This document shows, piece after piece, positions 38,224 through 49,283 of a stretch of 64,000 nucleotides of DNA. Below the pieces are notes generated by a model. The model was not told where the DNA came from. It searched no databases and worked only from the letters and a program-made list of their open reading frames with translations. Each line of letters begins with the position of its first letter. Positions within the stretch are counted from its first letter, which is position 1. The position numbers and the translations under genes were made by a program. The stretch comes from Oligoflexia bacterium (GTDB taxonomy: Bacteria > Bdellovibrionota > Bdellovibrionia > JABDDW01): contig JADLCR010000096.1 of NCBI GenBank assembly GCA_020847095.1, positions 1,127-65,126 of the forward strand. Reading direction: 5' to 3'.

Positions 38224-39516
38224 TTAGGCCGATTCGGCTTCGGACTTAGCACTCTGTGCCGCCTTCATCTCCTCTTCGGTCCTGTAGACCAACTCAGGGG
38301 TCTTCTGCTTCAAGACCACCTCTTTATCTATGATACATTCTTTGACGTCTGGCTTGGAAGGAATTTCAAACATGATGTCTAACATCGCTTGTTCAAGAAT
38401 GGCGCGCAAACCACGAGCACCCGTTTTGCGCTTGATCGCCTGATTGGCGACTTCTTTTAGAGCGTCATCAGTGAATTTCAACTTGACATTTTCGTATTCG
38501 AAAAGCCGTTGATATTGCCGAGTTAGAGCATTTTTTGGTTTCATTAAAATATCGATTAACGCTTCTTCGCTTAACTCGTCAAGCACAGCAACAACAGGTA
38601 ATCGGCCGATGAACTCGGGGATCAATCCAAAGCGAATGAGATCGTCCGGCTGTAACTGGGCTAAAGTCCGTGAGTAGTTTTTCTCTTTTGCGCTTTTAAT
38701 TTCAGCGCCAATACCCAAAGATTTATTTTCGATACGGCCTTCGACAATCTTGTCTAGACCCACGAACGCTCCGCCACAAATAAAAAGAATATTCGTTGTA
38801 TCAACTTGTATGAATTCTTGCTGGGGGTGCTTGCGCCCGCCTTTTGGAGGAAGATTCGCAACTGTGCCCTCAATGATCTTCAAAAGTGCTTGCTGAACGC
38901 CTTCGCCACTAACATCTCGAGTGATTGATGGATTTTCAGATTTGCGAGAAATCTTATCAATTTCGTCGATGTAAATAACTCCGCGTTGGCAGCGCTCCAC
39001 ATCGTAGTCGGCCGCTTGCAGCAAATTGAGTACAACATTTTCAACATCCTCACCCACATAGCCGGCCTCTGTTAAACAAGTGGCATCAGCCATGGCGAAA
39101 GGGACATTCAGTATTTTTGCGATTGTTTGCGCAAGAAGGGTTTTCCCTGAACCGGTCGGGCCAATAAGTAAAATATTACTTTTTTGAAGCTCGACATCGT
39201 TTTTTCCGCGATGAGCAATTGAGTTAATGCGTTTGTAGTGGTTATGCACGGCCACGGACAAAGATTTCTTAGCTTGTTCTTGCCCGATGACATAATCATC
39301 TAAGAACGATTTGATATCTAAAGGCTTGGGAACTTTCTGAGAACCCGATCTAACCTCTTCACGCTCTTTTTCTTCTTGAATGATGTCGTTACAAAGGTCG
39401 ATGCACTCATCGCAAATATAGACACTTGGTCCGGCGATAAGTTTTTTAACTTCTTTTTGACTTTTACCGCAAAAACTACAAACGAGAGATCCAGCGGCAT
39501 CTGATTTTTTAGTCAT
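38224..39516 (-). CDS. clpX: ATP-dependent Clp protease ATP-binding subunit ClpX.
   Basis: N-terminal C4 zinc finger CSFCGK…CDECI. Walker A GPTGSGKT. Confidence 0.95.
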   Translation of the reverse strand: MTKKSDAAGSLVCSFCGKSQKEVKKLIAGPSVYICDECIDLCNDIIQEEKEREEVRSGSQKVPKPLDIKSFLDDYVIGQEQAKKSLSVAVHNHYKRINSIAHRGKNDVELQKSNILLIGPTGSGKTLLAQTIAKILNVPFAMADATCLTEAGYVGEDVENVVLNLLQAADYDVERCQRGVIYIDEIDKISRKSENPSITRDVSGEGVQQALLKIIEGTVANLPPKGGRKHPQQEFIQVDTTNILFICGGAFVGLDKIVEGRIENKSLGIGAEIKSAKEKNYSRTLAQLQPDDLIRFGLIPEFIGRLPVVAVLDELSEEALIDILMKPKNALTRQYQRLFEYENVKLKFTDDALKEVANQAIKRKTGARGLRAILEQAMLDIMFEIPSKPDVKECIIDKEVVLKQKTPELVYRTEEEMKAAQSAKSEAESA

Positions 39517-40172
39517 TAGCGCACACCGCCCTTCACTACTTTTCTATTCTCAACCACAACATCCACAAGGCCATACTTCTGGGCCGTTTCAGCGGACATG
39601 AAGTTATCACGTTCCATATCTTTGGCAAGGCGATCAAACACTTGCCCCGTATGCTTTTCATAGATCTTTATGAGCTTTGTTTTGGTATCGACCAGTTCCT
39701 TGGCATGAATCTCTATATCCGTGACCTGCCCCGACAACCCACCGCCCATAATATGGGGCTGGTGAATCATGACTCGGGAATGGGGCAAAATAAAACGCTT
39801 TCCCTTGGTTCCCGCTGACAATAACAGCGATCCCATGCTCGCGGCCATCCCGGTGCAATAAGTCGCCACATCACACTTAATGAATTGCATGATGTCATAG
39901 ATCCCAAGACCCGCCGTTACACTTCCGCCCGGCGAATTGATGTACAAGTGAATGTCTTTCTCTGGGTTTTCCATTTCTAGAAAAAGAAGCTGGGCCATTA
40001 CCACGTTAGCCACATCATCGGTAACGGCTGTTCCTAAGAAGATAATGCGATCTTTTAGAAGCCGCGAATAGATGTCGTAGCTGCGTTCACCCTTTGGAGT
40101 TTGCTCTATGACGATTGGAACGAGACTCATGGCCACCTCACCCTTCATGAAGCCTAGATTTAATGATAACAC
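39516..40172 (-). CDS. clpP: ATP-dependent Clp protease proteolytic subunit ClpP.
   Basis: Active-site GMAASMGS and His/Asp region. Overlaps the clpX start by 1 nt. Confidence 0.95.
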   Translation of the reverse strand: MLSLNLGFMKGEVAMSLVPIVIEQTPKGERSYDIYSRLLKDRIIFLGTAVTDDVANVVMAQLLFLEMENPEKDIHLYINSPGGSVTAGLGIYDIMQFIKCDVATYCTGMAASMGSLLLSAGTKGKRFILPHSRVMIHQPHIMGGGLSGQVTDIEIHAKELVDTKTKLIKIYEKHTGQVFDRLAKDMERDNFMSAETAQKYGLVDVVVENRKVVKGGVR

Positions 40173-40374
40173 TCAGACCCATTGCTGCAACGAAAATGCT
40201 CAGGCGTCGAAGTCCAGTTTGTTAAATGATTTGAAATAGTTACACGAATATGCCGAGCTGCGTTTGGACCAGATTTTTTTTGACACTTTTTACTTAAAAT
40301 CTATAATCGCAGACTTGGAGACAAAATGCAGCGCCGCAACACTAAGCGGCGACAGAAATTTGACAGGAGAACCC

Positions 40375-41889
40375 ATGAAACTTCACGCGGTCACCACACT
40401 AAAAGTCGATACTTCTACCCTGGTCCTTTTTGCCGCCCAGGACGACAAAAAACTCTCGTGCGATGTGAAAGGTACCGGATTTGAAGACGCATTCAAACTT
40501 TTGGAAGACGCTCAAGCAGAAGGAAAATTCAAAGGCGCATCAAAAGAAGCGCTGTTTTTTCGAAGCTGCAACTGCTCTGGATTCAAGAACGTCTTGGCTG
40601 TGGGACTGGGAGCAAAAAAATCTCTGAATGAAGAAGCCGTTCGCATCGGCGCGGCTATTGCCGCAAAAACCCTTGTCAAAGAAAAGGTAAAATCCGCAGC
40701 TCTCGCTTTACAGCCTTTGCGCAAACTCACCAAAACCGCTGAAGGCGCCGGTCGGGCCGTGAGCGAAGGATTCGTGTTGGGAGCTTATAAATACGAAGAG
40801 ATGAAATCTAAGAAGAAAGATGACAAAGAGACATCAAAGAGCCTGAGCGATCTTTATTTGGTCTTGAAAGACTCTCCCGCTCTTAAGAAGTTTGAAAAAG
40901 GGGTTCACGTAGGCCTAATCCTTGCCGAAGCGACCAACTTTGCTCGTGATCTCGGAAATGCACCGAGCAATTACATGACCCCAACTATTTTGGCCGATCG
41001 TGCACACGAAGCCGCAAAAGGATTAGGGATCAAGTTTAAGGCCCTCGGCAAGAAAGAATGCCAAGCGCTTAAGATGGGGTGCTTTTTGGGCGTTAATAAA
41101 GGCAGCCACGAAGAACCACGCTTTATTGTGATGGAATATTTCGGCGGCAAGAAGTCGGAAAAGCCCATTGCCTTCGTTGGAAAGGGACTCACATTCGACA
41201 CCGGAGGAATCAGTATTAAGCCTTCGGCAAATCTTGAAGATATGAAGTTTGATATGTGTGGCGGTGCGGCTGTTATTGCAACCATAGTGGCGATTGCAAG
41301 ACTCAAACTGAAGGTTAACGTCGTGGGCCTTGTGCCAAGTACGGAAAACATGCCTGGCGGCGGAGCCATAAAACCGGGAGATGTTTTGGTGGCAATGAAC
41401 GGAAAAACAGTGGAAGTCAACAACACCGATGCCGAAGGACGATTGATTTTGGCCGATGCTCTTGCGTACGCCTGCGATCATTATTCTCCTCGGGCGATCT
41501 TTGATGCGGCCACTTTGACCGGCGCTTGCGTCATTGCTCTCGGAAATGTTTTTTCGGGATTTTTCACTCAAGACTCTAAACTCTTGAAGCAAATCAATGA
41601 GTCCTCGCAATCTAGTGGCGAAAGGCTTTGGCAACTCCCTCTCACTGAAGAATATGTAGATGATATGAAGGGCACTTACGCCGATCTTTCTAATATCTCA
41701 TCAGGCAAAGGGGGCGGATCGAGCACCGGAGCGGCATTTTTAAGTCAGTTTGTTACGGAAGGAACCCCTTGGGCTCATTTCGACATTGCTCCGACAGCCT
41801 ACAGTGCCGGTCGATTTGCTTACAACCCAGATAAAGGAGCCACGGGCGTTATTGTCAGACTCTTTAGTCAGTTGGCGATGGATTTATAA
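40375..41889 (+). CDS. pepA: Leucyl aminopeptidase (M17). Start set at the Met that carries an AGGAG RBS.
   Basis: NTDAEGRL motif and GLTFDTGGISIKP. Confidence 0.9.
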   Translation: MKLHAVTTLKVDTSTLVLFAAQDDKKLSCDVKGTGFEDAFKLLEDAQAEGKFKGASKEALFFRSCNCSGFKNVLAVGLGAKKSLNEEAVRIGAAIAAKTLVKEKVKSAALALQPLRKLTKTAEGAGRAVSEGFVLGAYKYEEMKSKKKDDKETSKSLSDLYLVLKDSPALKKFEKGVHVGLILAEATNFARDLGNAPSNYMTPTILADRAHEAAKGLGIKFKALGKKECQALKMGCFLGVNKGSHEEPRFIVMEYFGGKKSEKPIAFVGKGLTFDTGGISIKPSANLEDMKFDMCGGAAVIATIVAIARLKLKVNVVGLVPSTENMPGGGAIKPGDVLVAMNGKTVEVNNTDAEGRLILADALAYACDHYSPRAIFDAATLTGACVIALGNVFSGFFTQDSKLLKQINESSQSSGERLWQLPLTEEYVDDMKGTYADLSNISSGKGGGSSTGAAFLSQFVTEGTPWAHFDIAPTAYSAGRFAYNPDKGATGVIVRLFSQLAMDL

Positions 41890-43449
41890 GTCGCGCTTTC
41901 GCGACTCAAATTTGAGCTCGGCCTTTTCTTTCAAGCTGGTGACGGCAACGACGACTTTATAAGTATCTTCAAATAATTTTGCTTTGTCGGCGATGACGAG
42001 CTGGTCCAACTCCGTTCCGGGACGGCTAGAAATATTGATAATGACTTTCCCTGGCCCCCATTGAGCTCTTAACCATCGCACTGACTGGTTTCTTTCGGAA
42101 TCCAGGGCGTCTGCGAGCCTCAAAAGGGCCGCGAGACCAACGAGATTTCTTTTTTCACCATCATCGAGAGAATTGAAACCCAGATGTTCAGCCCTTGGCG
42201 GAGATTTTCGATGATAGCGCGCCAGCACCGCAACGAATTTTCTTTGCTTTTCGGTCAGAAATGGAATCTCCGAGTTTTCGATTATGTACTGGGTGTGCTT
42301 GTGCTTTCCCGTCTCACCGATAAACCTACCCACATCATGAAGGAGGCATGCAGCCCGCAACAGGGGCCTTAGTTTTGGACTCAGTCCATGAACAGGCTCT
42401 AGCTCTTCAAAAAGTTGACGTGCCAATCTCCAAACCTGGTGGCAATGCCCACGATCTGAATTATACCGCCGCGCAACAGCGTCGAGAAACTGAACGTGTT
42501 CGGCCTCCGTACTGTCCACGTCTATCGTGGGAGCCTTTGAGGGCTGAGAGAGTAAATCAAGTAGCAGTCCCTCTCGAAGGCCTCGTTGGCTTACTTTTAA
42601 ATTCTTCACTCCAAAGTGATTAAAGACGTGAAGCAACACCCTTGACCCCGCCAAGAGAATTTCTGAGCGTTTGCTATCAACTCCCGGAAGTCCAGCAATT
42701 TGCTTTCGACTCATCTTGCTGATTTGACCAACAACTTGAGCTAGTTGGGGGCCTTTGATCAAATCCTCCGCCTCAGTGAGTTCGGTTCGGCCAATGATGC
42801 GCGCTAAAGCTCGAATTGTGCCGGCGCTGCCAAATGCTTGAGTTGTCTTCTTGGGAGAAGGCCATGAATCTTTAAGTATTCGCTTAACATGAGAATCAAG
42901 CTTGCGCAGTTCGGGCTGTGAAGCGCGCGCACCGGCAATAAACTTTTCGGTCAACCTTACGGCGCCTAGGGGAAGGCTGGCAAATCGCTTAATTTTTTTA
43001 CCGGTCACCAGCGTGACTTCGCAAGACCCGCCCCCAATGTCTACAAAGAGCACTGGGTTATTTGGAATTTTCAAATCCGAGGCAACACCCTTTACAATCA
43101 ATCGGGCTTCTTCTTCTCCGGGCAATACCTCTAATGCAATTCCCGTTTTTCCGCGAACTTCTCTTACAAACTCAGGACCATTTTTGGCATCTCGAAGAGC
43201 AGATGTTCCGGTTGCTCGAACCACGTCAACTTTGTAGGCATCGAGAAGTTTGGCGTAGGTTTGAAGAACTTTTAAGGCCCGCAATTGAACATGTCTGGGA
43301 ATTTTGCCTTTTGGATCTTTAAACGTCCCTTCGCCGAGTCTGACAACGGCCCGATGTCTAAACAGGATTCCAATACGGCCATCAACCTCACGTTTTACGA
43401 TGAGAATTTTGATACTGTTTGTTCCGAGATCAATCGCCGCCGCGTTCAT
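41884..43449 (-). CDS. ppx: Ppx/GppA family exopolyphosphatase / guanosine pentaphosphate phosphohydrolase with a C-terminal HD domain.
   Basis: Actin-like ATPase fold motifs (DLGTNS, DIGGGS) and a C-terminal HD region (LLHDVG). Confidence 0.85.
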   Translation of the reverse strand: MNAAAIDLGTNSIKILIVKREVDGRIGILFRHRAVVRLGEGTFKDPKGKIPRHVQLRALKVLQTYAKLLDAYKVDVVRATGTSALRDAKNGPEFVREVRGKTGIALEVLPGEEEARLIVKGVASDLKIPNNPVLFVDIGGGSCEVTLVTGKKIKRFASLPLGAVRLTEKFIAGARASQPELRKLDSHVKRILKDSWPSPKKTTQAFGSAGTIRALARIIGRTELTEAEDLIKGPQLAQVVGQISKMSRKQIAGLPGVDSKRSEILLAGSRVLLHVFNHFGVKNLKVSQRGLREGLLLDLLSQPSKAPTIDVDSTEAEHVQFLDAVARRYNSDRGHCHQVWRLARQLFEELEPVHGLSPKLRPLLRAACLLHDVGRFIGETGKHKHTQYIIENSEIPFLTEKQRKFVAVLARYHRKSPPRAEHLGFNSLDDGEKRNLVGLAALLRLADALDSERNQSVRWLRAQWGPGKVIINISSRPGTELDQLVIADKAKLFEDTYKVVVAVTSLKEKAELKFESRKRDL

Positions 43450-43469
43450 CGAAAATTAGGGTAGCTGGC

Positions 43470-44135
43470 TTACCAAGCCATGACAATATTTTTTGTATGT
43501 GTTGGTACTCTCAGAGTTCGTGAAGCAAACTTAGAGTGAGTCAGGGTGACCTCCTCTAATTGCCAAGTGGTAGGCCACTTTGAGCCCATGCTTTGAGTTT
43601 TGATCCGAGGAGCCTTGGGGCCAAAATGCTCTTGATACTCAAAATCACCAGGCTCTTGTTTAAGAAGGGCCTTAAAGTTAAAGGTTACGGACGCCATTTC
43701 ATTGATTCCGCGCCCTAGCTGGCAAGGCGCCTGAATAGTAAGTTGTGCCGGAGCGCCACCGGGTCCTGAGTGAGCTGAGAAAACATACTCAACTTGATCA
43801 AAATACCCGCAAGCAAATGTCTTTTCTCCTGCGGCGCCGGGCATAACAAAATTTCCAATATTGAGCGCCACGCGCTGCCCATCTTTTTTAATGAAGATGG
43901 TCTCTTCAAGACGCTGTCTGGCTTTCGAAATTAGTTTTTCACCTTTTAAATCGCTGTAATCATTAACAGGCTCAATTGACGAAGGAAATCGGCCATTTGA
44001 GGAGTCGGTAAACTCCATCCACTCGAGGGCGCCATAAACGCCTAACAAGAACAAGAGTACCCAATTTAATATGCGCAATTCGGCACGAGACATGGGTCTT
44101 CGGCCTCCCAATCCGTTATCGGAAGGCCTGGGCAA
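43470..44135 (-). CDS. Hypothetical membrane-anchored protein.
   Basis: N-terminal TM helix ILNWVLLFLLGVYGAL. Confidence 0.45.
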   Translation of the reverse strand: MPRPSDNGLGGRRPMSRAELRILNWVLLFLLGVYGALEWMEFTDSSNGRFPSSIEPVNDYSDLKGEKLISKARQRLEETIFIKKDGQRVALNIGNFVMPGAAGEKTFACGYFDQVEYVFSAHSGPGGAPAQLTIQAPCQLGRGINEMASVTFNFKALLKQEPGDFEYQEHFGPKAPRIKTQSMGSKWPTTWQLEEVTLTHSKFASRTLRVPTHTKNIVMAW

Positions 44136-44143
44136 GTTATAAA

Positions 44144-45376
44144 TTAACGATGATAGTGGGCACCGATCGTACGATTTTCCATACCTATGGCGAGATTGTT
44201 TAGCCTAGCTATTAGTCCGTAAACGTTTTCTTGAGGAGATCCCTCGGCATCAACAAGTAGGTCGGACATGCAAAGTCTCTTAAATACGGCGCCAGGGCTG
44301 TTTAGATTTTCTATCGGCCCCTTTTCTCTGTGGGTTCGCAAAAACCCGCCAGCTAAATTTGGCCCTACCATATAAATGACGGGCTCGGCCGTATCACCGT
44401 CAGAAGACACCTGGGTAGGAATTCCCTCTTGTATAATCACCTCGTGAACCTCTGCCCCGCCCTTGCTGTATCCCATTTTCTTTCGTTCTTTGGCGCTTAG
44501 TTCTAAGAGTTGCTTTCCCGATTTAACCGAAAGAATTCCCATGCCGTAAGTTCCGCTGTTGTTCTTAACAAACACCACGGGATCGCAGCACGACCGACTG
44601 GCCACTTGGTATTGGGTGGACATTTTATCTAGAAATGATTGAGCCTTGTGCGCCAACTCCTCAATGGATTTTGGATCGCTAAAGTCGACCTGGGCGACTT
44701 CCGTTTCAACAGTAAAGGTCCACGGATCCAAATCTAACAAGTCCGAAACCTGTCGGGCGAAGTCATTGTAATACCTAAAATGATCGCTTTTCTTTCGCTT
44801 ATACCAACCCAGTTTATAGGAAGGATTAAATGGAGTTTTCAGTCCCTCAAGCCATTCTACATATGGGTTAGAAAAGTCATTATTGCTAATAATCAGATCC
44901 GGCACAAAGCCATCGTCAAGCTTGAGGTGATCACCATCTCGGTGGGCCGAAAAAACCTTAACTTCACGCCCAGCCGCGGAAGTAATGGCGAACTGCCCTG
45001 AAAACTGTTTTGGCACGGCCACTCGCACATCATATCCGGCCTGAGTTATTAGGCCATCTAGAATACTGACATTATCCCAATAGTATTTGTTGTTCGTATG
45101 CTCCTCTGTGAGAAGCACAATACGTTTGAATGAAGGCCCATAATTCTCAGATAAATAATTTTTAAATAAGGCCACGGCCCCTTGTTGGTCAACGTCACAA
45201 ATATTATTAAAACCAGCGGGAAAAATGTTCGCATCGACAGACGCAAGCTTTCCTCCCGCATCACGAATATCAACGGAGCAATAAATCGGAAACTCTAAGC
45301 CCTTGCTCTTTTCTTCGAACCAGGCATTGATGGCGCCTCGCTTTTCAATGAGACGTTTATGAAGGATTTCTCTCAA
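44144..45376 (-). CDS. ATP-grasp-type carboxylate-amine ligase, possibly glutamate-cysteine ligase-like. Tentative.
   Basis: Phosphate-binding loop-like VVFVKNNSGTYGMGIL. About 410 aa. Confidence 0.35.
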   Translation of the reverse strand: MREILHKRLIEKRGAINAWFEEKSKGLEFPIYCSVDIRDAGGKLASVDANIFPAGFNNICDVDQQGAVALFKNYLSENYGPSFKRIVLLTEEHTNNKYYWDNVSILDGLITQAGYDVRVAVPKQFSGQFAITSAAGREVKVFSAHRDGDHLKLDDGFVPDLIISNNDFSNPYVEWLEGLKTPFNPSYKLGWYKRKKSDHFRYYNDFARQVSDLLDLDPWTFTVETEVAQVDFSDPKSIEELAHKAQSFLDKMSTQYQVASRSCCDPVVFVKNNSGTYGMGILSVKSGKQLLELSAKERKKMGYSKGGAEVHEVIIQEGIPTQVSSDGDTAEPVIYMVGPNLAGGFLRTHREKGPIENLNSPGAVFKRLCMSDLLVDAEGSPQENVYGLIARLNNLAIGMENRTIGAHYHR

Positions 45377-46103
45377 TGGGATGACTCACTTTCAATAGTT
45401 CAGCAACAAGCACCGCTGAAGCCGCTACACTGGCTGGAAGCATAAACATATTGATAACTGGTATAGCGGCAGTCAACCCTACGGCCAAAGAAAAACCCAA
45501 TATTGTAAAAAAGTTGCGCTTTATCAGCTGCTTGCGATCATTAAACGACATGCCAAAATGATCGAAGCTAAAATCCATAAGGTCCGTGGTGATTAAGAAC
45601 ATACCCATCACCCCTGCCAGCACCCCAACGACCGGAATCAAGGCCAAGAAGAAAAGTAAAACTCCAAAAAAGAGCATGAAAACTACTTTTCGAAGTGACG
45701 TTACCAGATTCTTAGAAAAATACTTAATCGTAGCCCCAACCCCTTTTAATTCTGGAAGCTTTATTCCTTGGGCCACGAGCACTCGGGCCGTCAATGGGTC
45801 AAAAAATGGAATCAGAATGATTGTGGCTATGGAAGTCATAATAAAGACCAGCACCCACACAAATGCCAATGCCGAGACAATACTTAACAGGTAGATAAGT
45901 ATAAACTCATACCAAATATCGGGCACCAGCAACGCTTGCTGCAGAAGTGTCGGGATTCTTCTAAATCCCTCCACGAGACCCCATGAAAACAAGATAATAT
46001 TTATCGCAATCGGGATGAGCGATAGTCGAAGGCACTTTCCATCTTTCAGCCAAAAGCGAATCCCTTGAAAATAAATACTAAAGCCGCTTACAAGGCCTTT
46101 CAC
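45357..46103 (-). CDS. EI24/CysZ-like polytopic membrane protein.
   Basis: Four to six TM helices, about 248 aa, architecture reminiscent of the CysZ/EI24 family. Confidence 0.45.
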   Translation of the reverse strand: MKGLVSGFSIYFQGIRFWLKDGKCLRLSLIPIAINIILFSWGLVEGFRRIPTLLQQALLVPDIWYEFILIYLLSIVSALAFVWVLVFIMTSIATIILIPFFDPLTARVLVAQGIKLPELKGVGATIKYFSKNLVTSLRKVVFMLFFGVLLFFLALIPVVGVLAGVMGMFLITTDLMDFSFDHFGMSFNDRKQLIKRNFFTILGFSLAVGLTAAIPVINMFMLPASVAASAVLVAELLKVSHPIERNPS

Positions 46104-47161
46104 TTGGTCTTCCGCCGCTCAAGATTTTTTCTATATTCAGCTTCGGGAGTCAATTGATCGCGAAGCTCTTTCTTCGCCAAAATTTCATCAATGCCCTTTT
46201 GCACACCCTGAAGTGATTCGATAAGTATTGCCACATGGTCGGTCGCATTGGGGCGAGAGGGAATTTTAATCCGCCTGACTTCTGCGATGGCAGAGTCCAT
46301 CGCTTTTGCCATTTCTTTTTGCGCCTCTAATTGATGCTGAAGCGCCAATACCTGATCCGTTTCATTGGGCACCGGAAAGGCCTGAACGTATTGAAAACTC
46401 GTTTGATAAACATCCGCGAGATGTTCTCGAGACATTGAACTCCAAACAGTTTCAGGACCTTGCATGCATTGCAAGAGCCATTGCTGGGAGTTTTTTAGAG
46501 AGTCCACAAATCCAATGAATTTTTCTTTTGAGCTTGCTGGAACACTAAACTTAACAGTGCCCATATTGAAAAGTGTTTTCGAGTACCACTCAGGATCGAC
46601 AGCGCCCGTGCGACGACTTCGCTTAATTGCCTTTTCGGCTTGTTTAAAATATTTTAACGCCTTGGTTTGATTTCCCGCGCGCGCATAAGCGCCGGCCAGC
46701 CTTGCAGGAAGTTCAAGCTGAAGAAAATTTTGTCCGAGAAGCCCCCCTCGTCGTTCCAATTCGAGCAAACTGAGAATAACGCGGTCTTCTTGTCCCAACA
46801 TTTCGTAGCAAAAGGTCAACCGGTGCAAAGCCTTTGCTTTTAGTGGAGAATCCACAGTGGAAAAATACTCCTGAACCTTTTGATAGGCACGAACCGCCTC
46901 GGTCCAATTTTTCAAACCTTCATGACCTAATCCGATATAGAAATATGAATCAGGCACCCATCTCGTCGTGGGGTTTTGCTGAAGAAGCTGTTCAAAGTAT
47001 GAAATTGAATCTGAATAGTTGCGAGCGTTTGAGGCCGCCACTCCCTTTTCAAACAAAACTTTTTCATTCTTTTCTGGGGGGACCTCTTGTGTCGGGCGCT
47101 GAGAACAACTTAAGTAACAAAACGCCAGCAAAACAAGTACAACCTTCTTATGCATCTGCAT
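46100..47161 (-). CDS. TPR-repeat lipoprotein.
   Basis: Lipobox LLAFCYLSCSQ and TPR-like helical repeats. Confidence 0.55.
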   Translation of the reverse strand: MQMHKKVVLVLLAFCYLSCSQRPTQEVPPEKNEKVLFEKGVAASNARNYSDSISYFEQLLQQNPTTRWVPDSYFYIGLGHEGLKNWTEAVRAYQKVQEYFSTVDSPLKAKALHRLTFCYEMLGQEDRVILSLLELERRGGLLGQNFLQLELPARLAGAYARAGNQTKALKYFKQAEKAIKRSRRTGAVDPEWYSKTLFNMGTVKFSVPASSKEKFIGFVDSLKNSQQWLLQCMQGPETVWSSMSREHLADVYQTSFQYVQAFPVPNETDQVLALQHQLEAQKEMAKAMDSAIAEVRRIKIPSRPNATDHVAILIESLQGVQKGIDEILAKKELRDQLTPEAEYRKNLERRKTK

Positions 47162-48254
47162 CCTCCAACAAAGCTCCGGTACTAAACTGGCCCGCAAGGG
47201 CTTTCAGAGACTCAAGGTCATGAATGTCCTGGTCCAAATCAGGGAGTCTCACGACAAGAGTATTCGCCCGCACCTCTCCGGCAAAACTCTTAAAAGCATT
47301 CTGCTGAACTGAGAAAAATCGATTCAATTTCTCGTAATAATCGCGGAGTTTCTTGTAGTTCTCGGATCGAAAGACACCACCAGATTCAGATTTTACCGCC
47401 TTGTCACGCCACAGTGGAAACGCCCTATTAACAATAATGAGATTTAAAAAGAAGCCGCCCTTTTTAAGCGTACGCTCGAAGTACCGCGCCTCTTCAATCT
47501 TGATTGCATTAAATCCCGTGACCAACACAAACCCCGTAGACTGAGCCGTTAGCAACCTGTGCACCTCTGCAGCTCGGTCTCTTAAATTTTTCTGCCAATC
47601 GCGAATGGAAACAAAGAACTCCGTTAGATTGGTAAGAAATTCGTTTCCCACTATCGTTTCAAAAACTTTAAACGCCATTTTGGTTCCACGATGCCAAAAC
47701 GCCGCACTCACTTTGTCGATTGCCGAAAATGGAGCTAAAAACCACTTAATGATTGAGTCCTGAAATAGGGTGTGGATTTTTAGAGGTGCATTTAAAAAAT
47801 CAATCGCGTGCTTTGTTGGCGGGGTATCGAGGATGACTAGGTCATATTTACCCGAACTTGTAAGCTGCAATAACTTTTCGAGAGCAGTAAATTCTTGAGA
47901 GCCGCTCAATGCCGTAGAAAGCTGTTGATAAACTCCGTTTCGCAGTACTCGATCCGCCACCGCCGGACTTGGCGCGAATTGAATGACAAAATCGTCAAAC
48001 GTCTTTTTCATGTCCAACATGCCCGCATGTAAGGTTCCTTTAAAGGCGCCTTCAATAGGAGTTTCGTTTTGGAGCTTTTCAAGCCCAAGTGCGCTGACCA
48101 ATCGTCGCGCGGGATCTATGGTGAGCACCATCGTTTTGAGGCCCAATTCGGCCGCGCGAACGCCCAATGCAGCCGAAAGAGTGGTTTTGCCGACACCCCC
48201 AGAGCCACAGCAGACCAAAACCTTTCGAGATTGCAGAATCTGGTCGATGGTCAC
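47148..48254 (-). CDS. ArsA/GET3-family P-loop ATPase.
   Basis: Deviant Walker A CCGSGGVGKTTLSAALG. Confidence 0.8.
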   Translation of the reverse strand: MTIDQILQSRKVLVCCGSGGVGKTTLSAALGVRAAELGLKTMVLTIDPARRLVSALGLEKLQNETPIEGAFKGTLHAGMLDMKKTFDDFVIQFAPSPAVADRVLRNGVYQQLSTALSGSQEFTALEKLLQLTSSGKYDLVILDTPPTKHAIDFLNAPLKIHTLFQDSIIKWFLAPFSAIDKVSAAFWHRGTKMAFKVFETIVGNEFLTNLTEFFVSIRDWQKNLRDRAAEVHRLLTAQSTGFVLVTGFNAIKIEEARYFERTLKKGGFFLNLIIVNRAFPLWRDKAVKSESGGVFRSENYKKLRDYYEKLNRFFSVQQNAFKSFAGEVRANTLVVRLPDLDQDIHDLESLKALAGQFSTGALLEDADA

Positions 48255-49144
48255 GGTGACTCCAAATATTTTGAATACAACTCAACAAGGTTTTGATTGT
48301 TGGACGCTTCAGTAATAAGCGGAACTTCGCTAAAAGAATCAAACCCCGCGCTTAAGAGTTGTTTTCGGTAATGATCTTGCGCCCTTTCTTTATCGTCTAG
48401 ATAGCGCACAAAAGTCTGAAGGCCCGAATCTTGAATCTCGTGAGCAAGGTCATGACGCTCACTTGCTGTCACCGGCGGCTGGAGCGTTTTATTTAAAATC
48501 AAACTGACGCGACCATTGAACTCATTCTTTAGCGCGTCCTTAAGTTCAAGCGTTTCAACCACCGGCATTTCTTCTGCAAGAGTCACCACGACGAAATGGA
48601 GATGCTCGGGGTTTTTAATAATGCGGTCCATATGGGCCGCTTGATCAAACACCGGGCCATTTTTGAAAGTAGCACTGAGCCCGCTAGGAGCTCTTAAAAG
48701 GGCAAGCGCATGCCCAGTGCTATACCCATCCACGATATAGAGGTCGTAGTCATCAGGAATAACACCTCTAAGATCACTTGTGAGCTTTCCCAAGATGGCA
48801 ATTTCACCAATGGCCGGGGCTGCGTTCAGAAACGCTTTCATGATTTTGTTTTGAAAAAACAAGTCGTAGAGTTTTGGGACTTTGATGAAATGAATAATAT
48901 ATTCTCTAACGCAATCGTTTGACGTGAGCAGCGATAAATGGAAATCAGGAATGATTTCACTTGGTTCGTACCCGACGCCGCGGGTTTCAAAAAAAGATTC
49001 ATAAAAGCTCTGGTCGCCAAGCTCGACAAGGCAAACCTTCTTACCAGCGCGAGCCTCACGCCACGCAAGAGCTGCGGCGGCCATGCTCTTACCCACGCCA
49101 CCCTTGCCAGTTACAAATACGATTTTCTGAGTTGTAAATTTCAT
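48251..49144 (-). CDS. ArsA/GET3-family P-loop ATPase, second copy.
   Basis: VTGKGGVGKSMAAAALA. Overlaps the downstream paralog by 4 nt. Confidence 0.8.
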   Translation of the reverse strand: MKFTTQKIVFVTGKGGVGKSMAAAALAWREARAGKKVCLVELGDQSFYESFFETRGVGYEPSEIIPDFHLSLLTSNDCVREYIIHFIKVPKLYDLFFQNKIMKAFLNAAPAIGEIAILGKLTSDLRGVIPDDYDLYIVDGYSTGHALALLRAPSGLSATFKNGPVFDQAAHMDRIIKNPEHLHFVVVTLAEEMPVVETLELKDALKNEFNGRVSLILNKTLQPPVTASERHDLAHEIQDSGLQTFVRYLDDKERAQDHYRKQLLSAGFDSFSEVPLITEASNNQNLVELYSKYLESP

Positions 49145-49283
49145 ATGGTTGCTAATTCCGTAAAGAGTACTCCCAAATTGGCTCCGGGAACAAGCCAGAA
49201 AGGGGCCTAATCACTTGATTTTATCCGGCATTTAGCCTACTTTGCGACCCATAATTTGATCAATTTCTAAGGAGTTTTATCGC

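Noticed and set aside
40971-41634. Antisense ORFs of 151 and 203 aa inside pepA
   Set aside because: They are fully embedded opposite a confidently identified M17 aminopeptidase gene and are typical frame artefacts.
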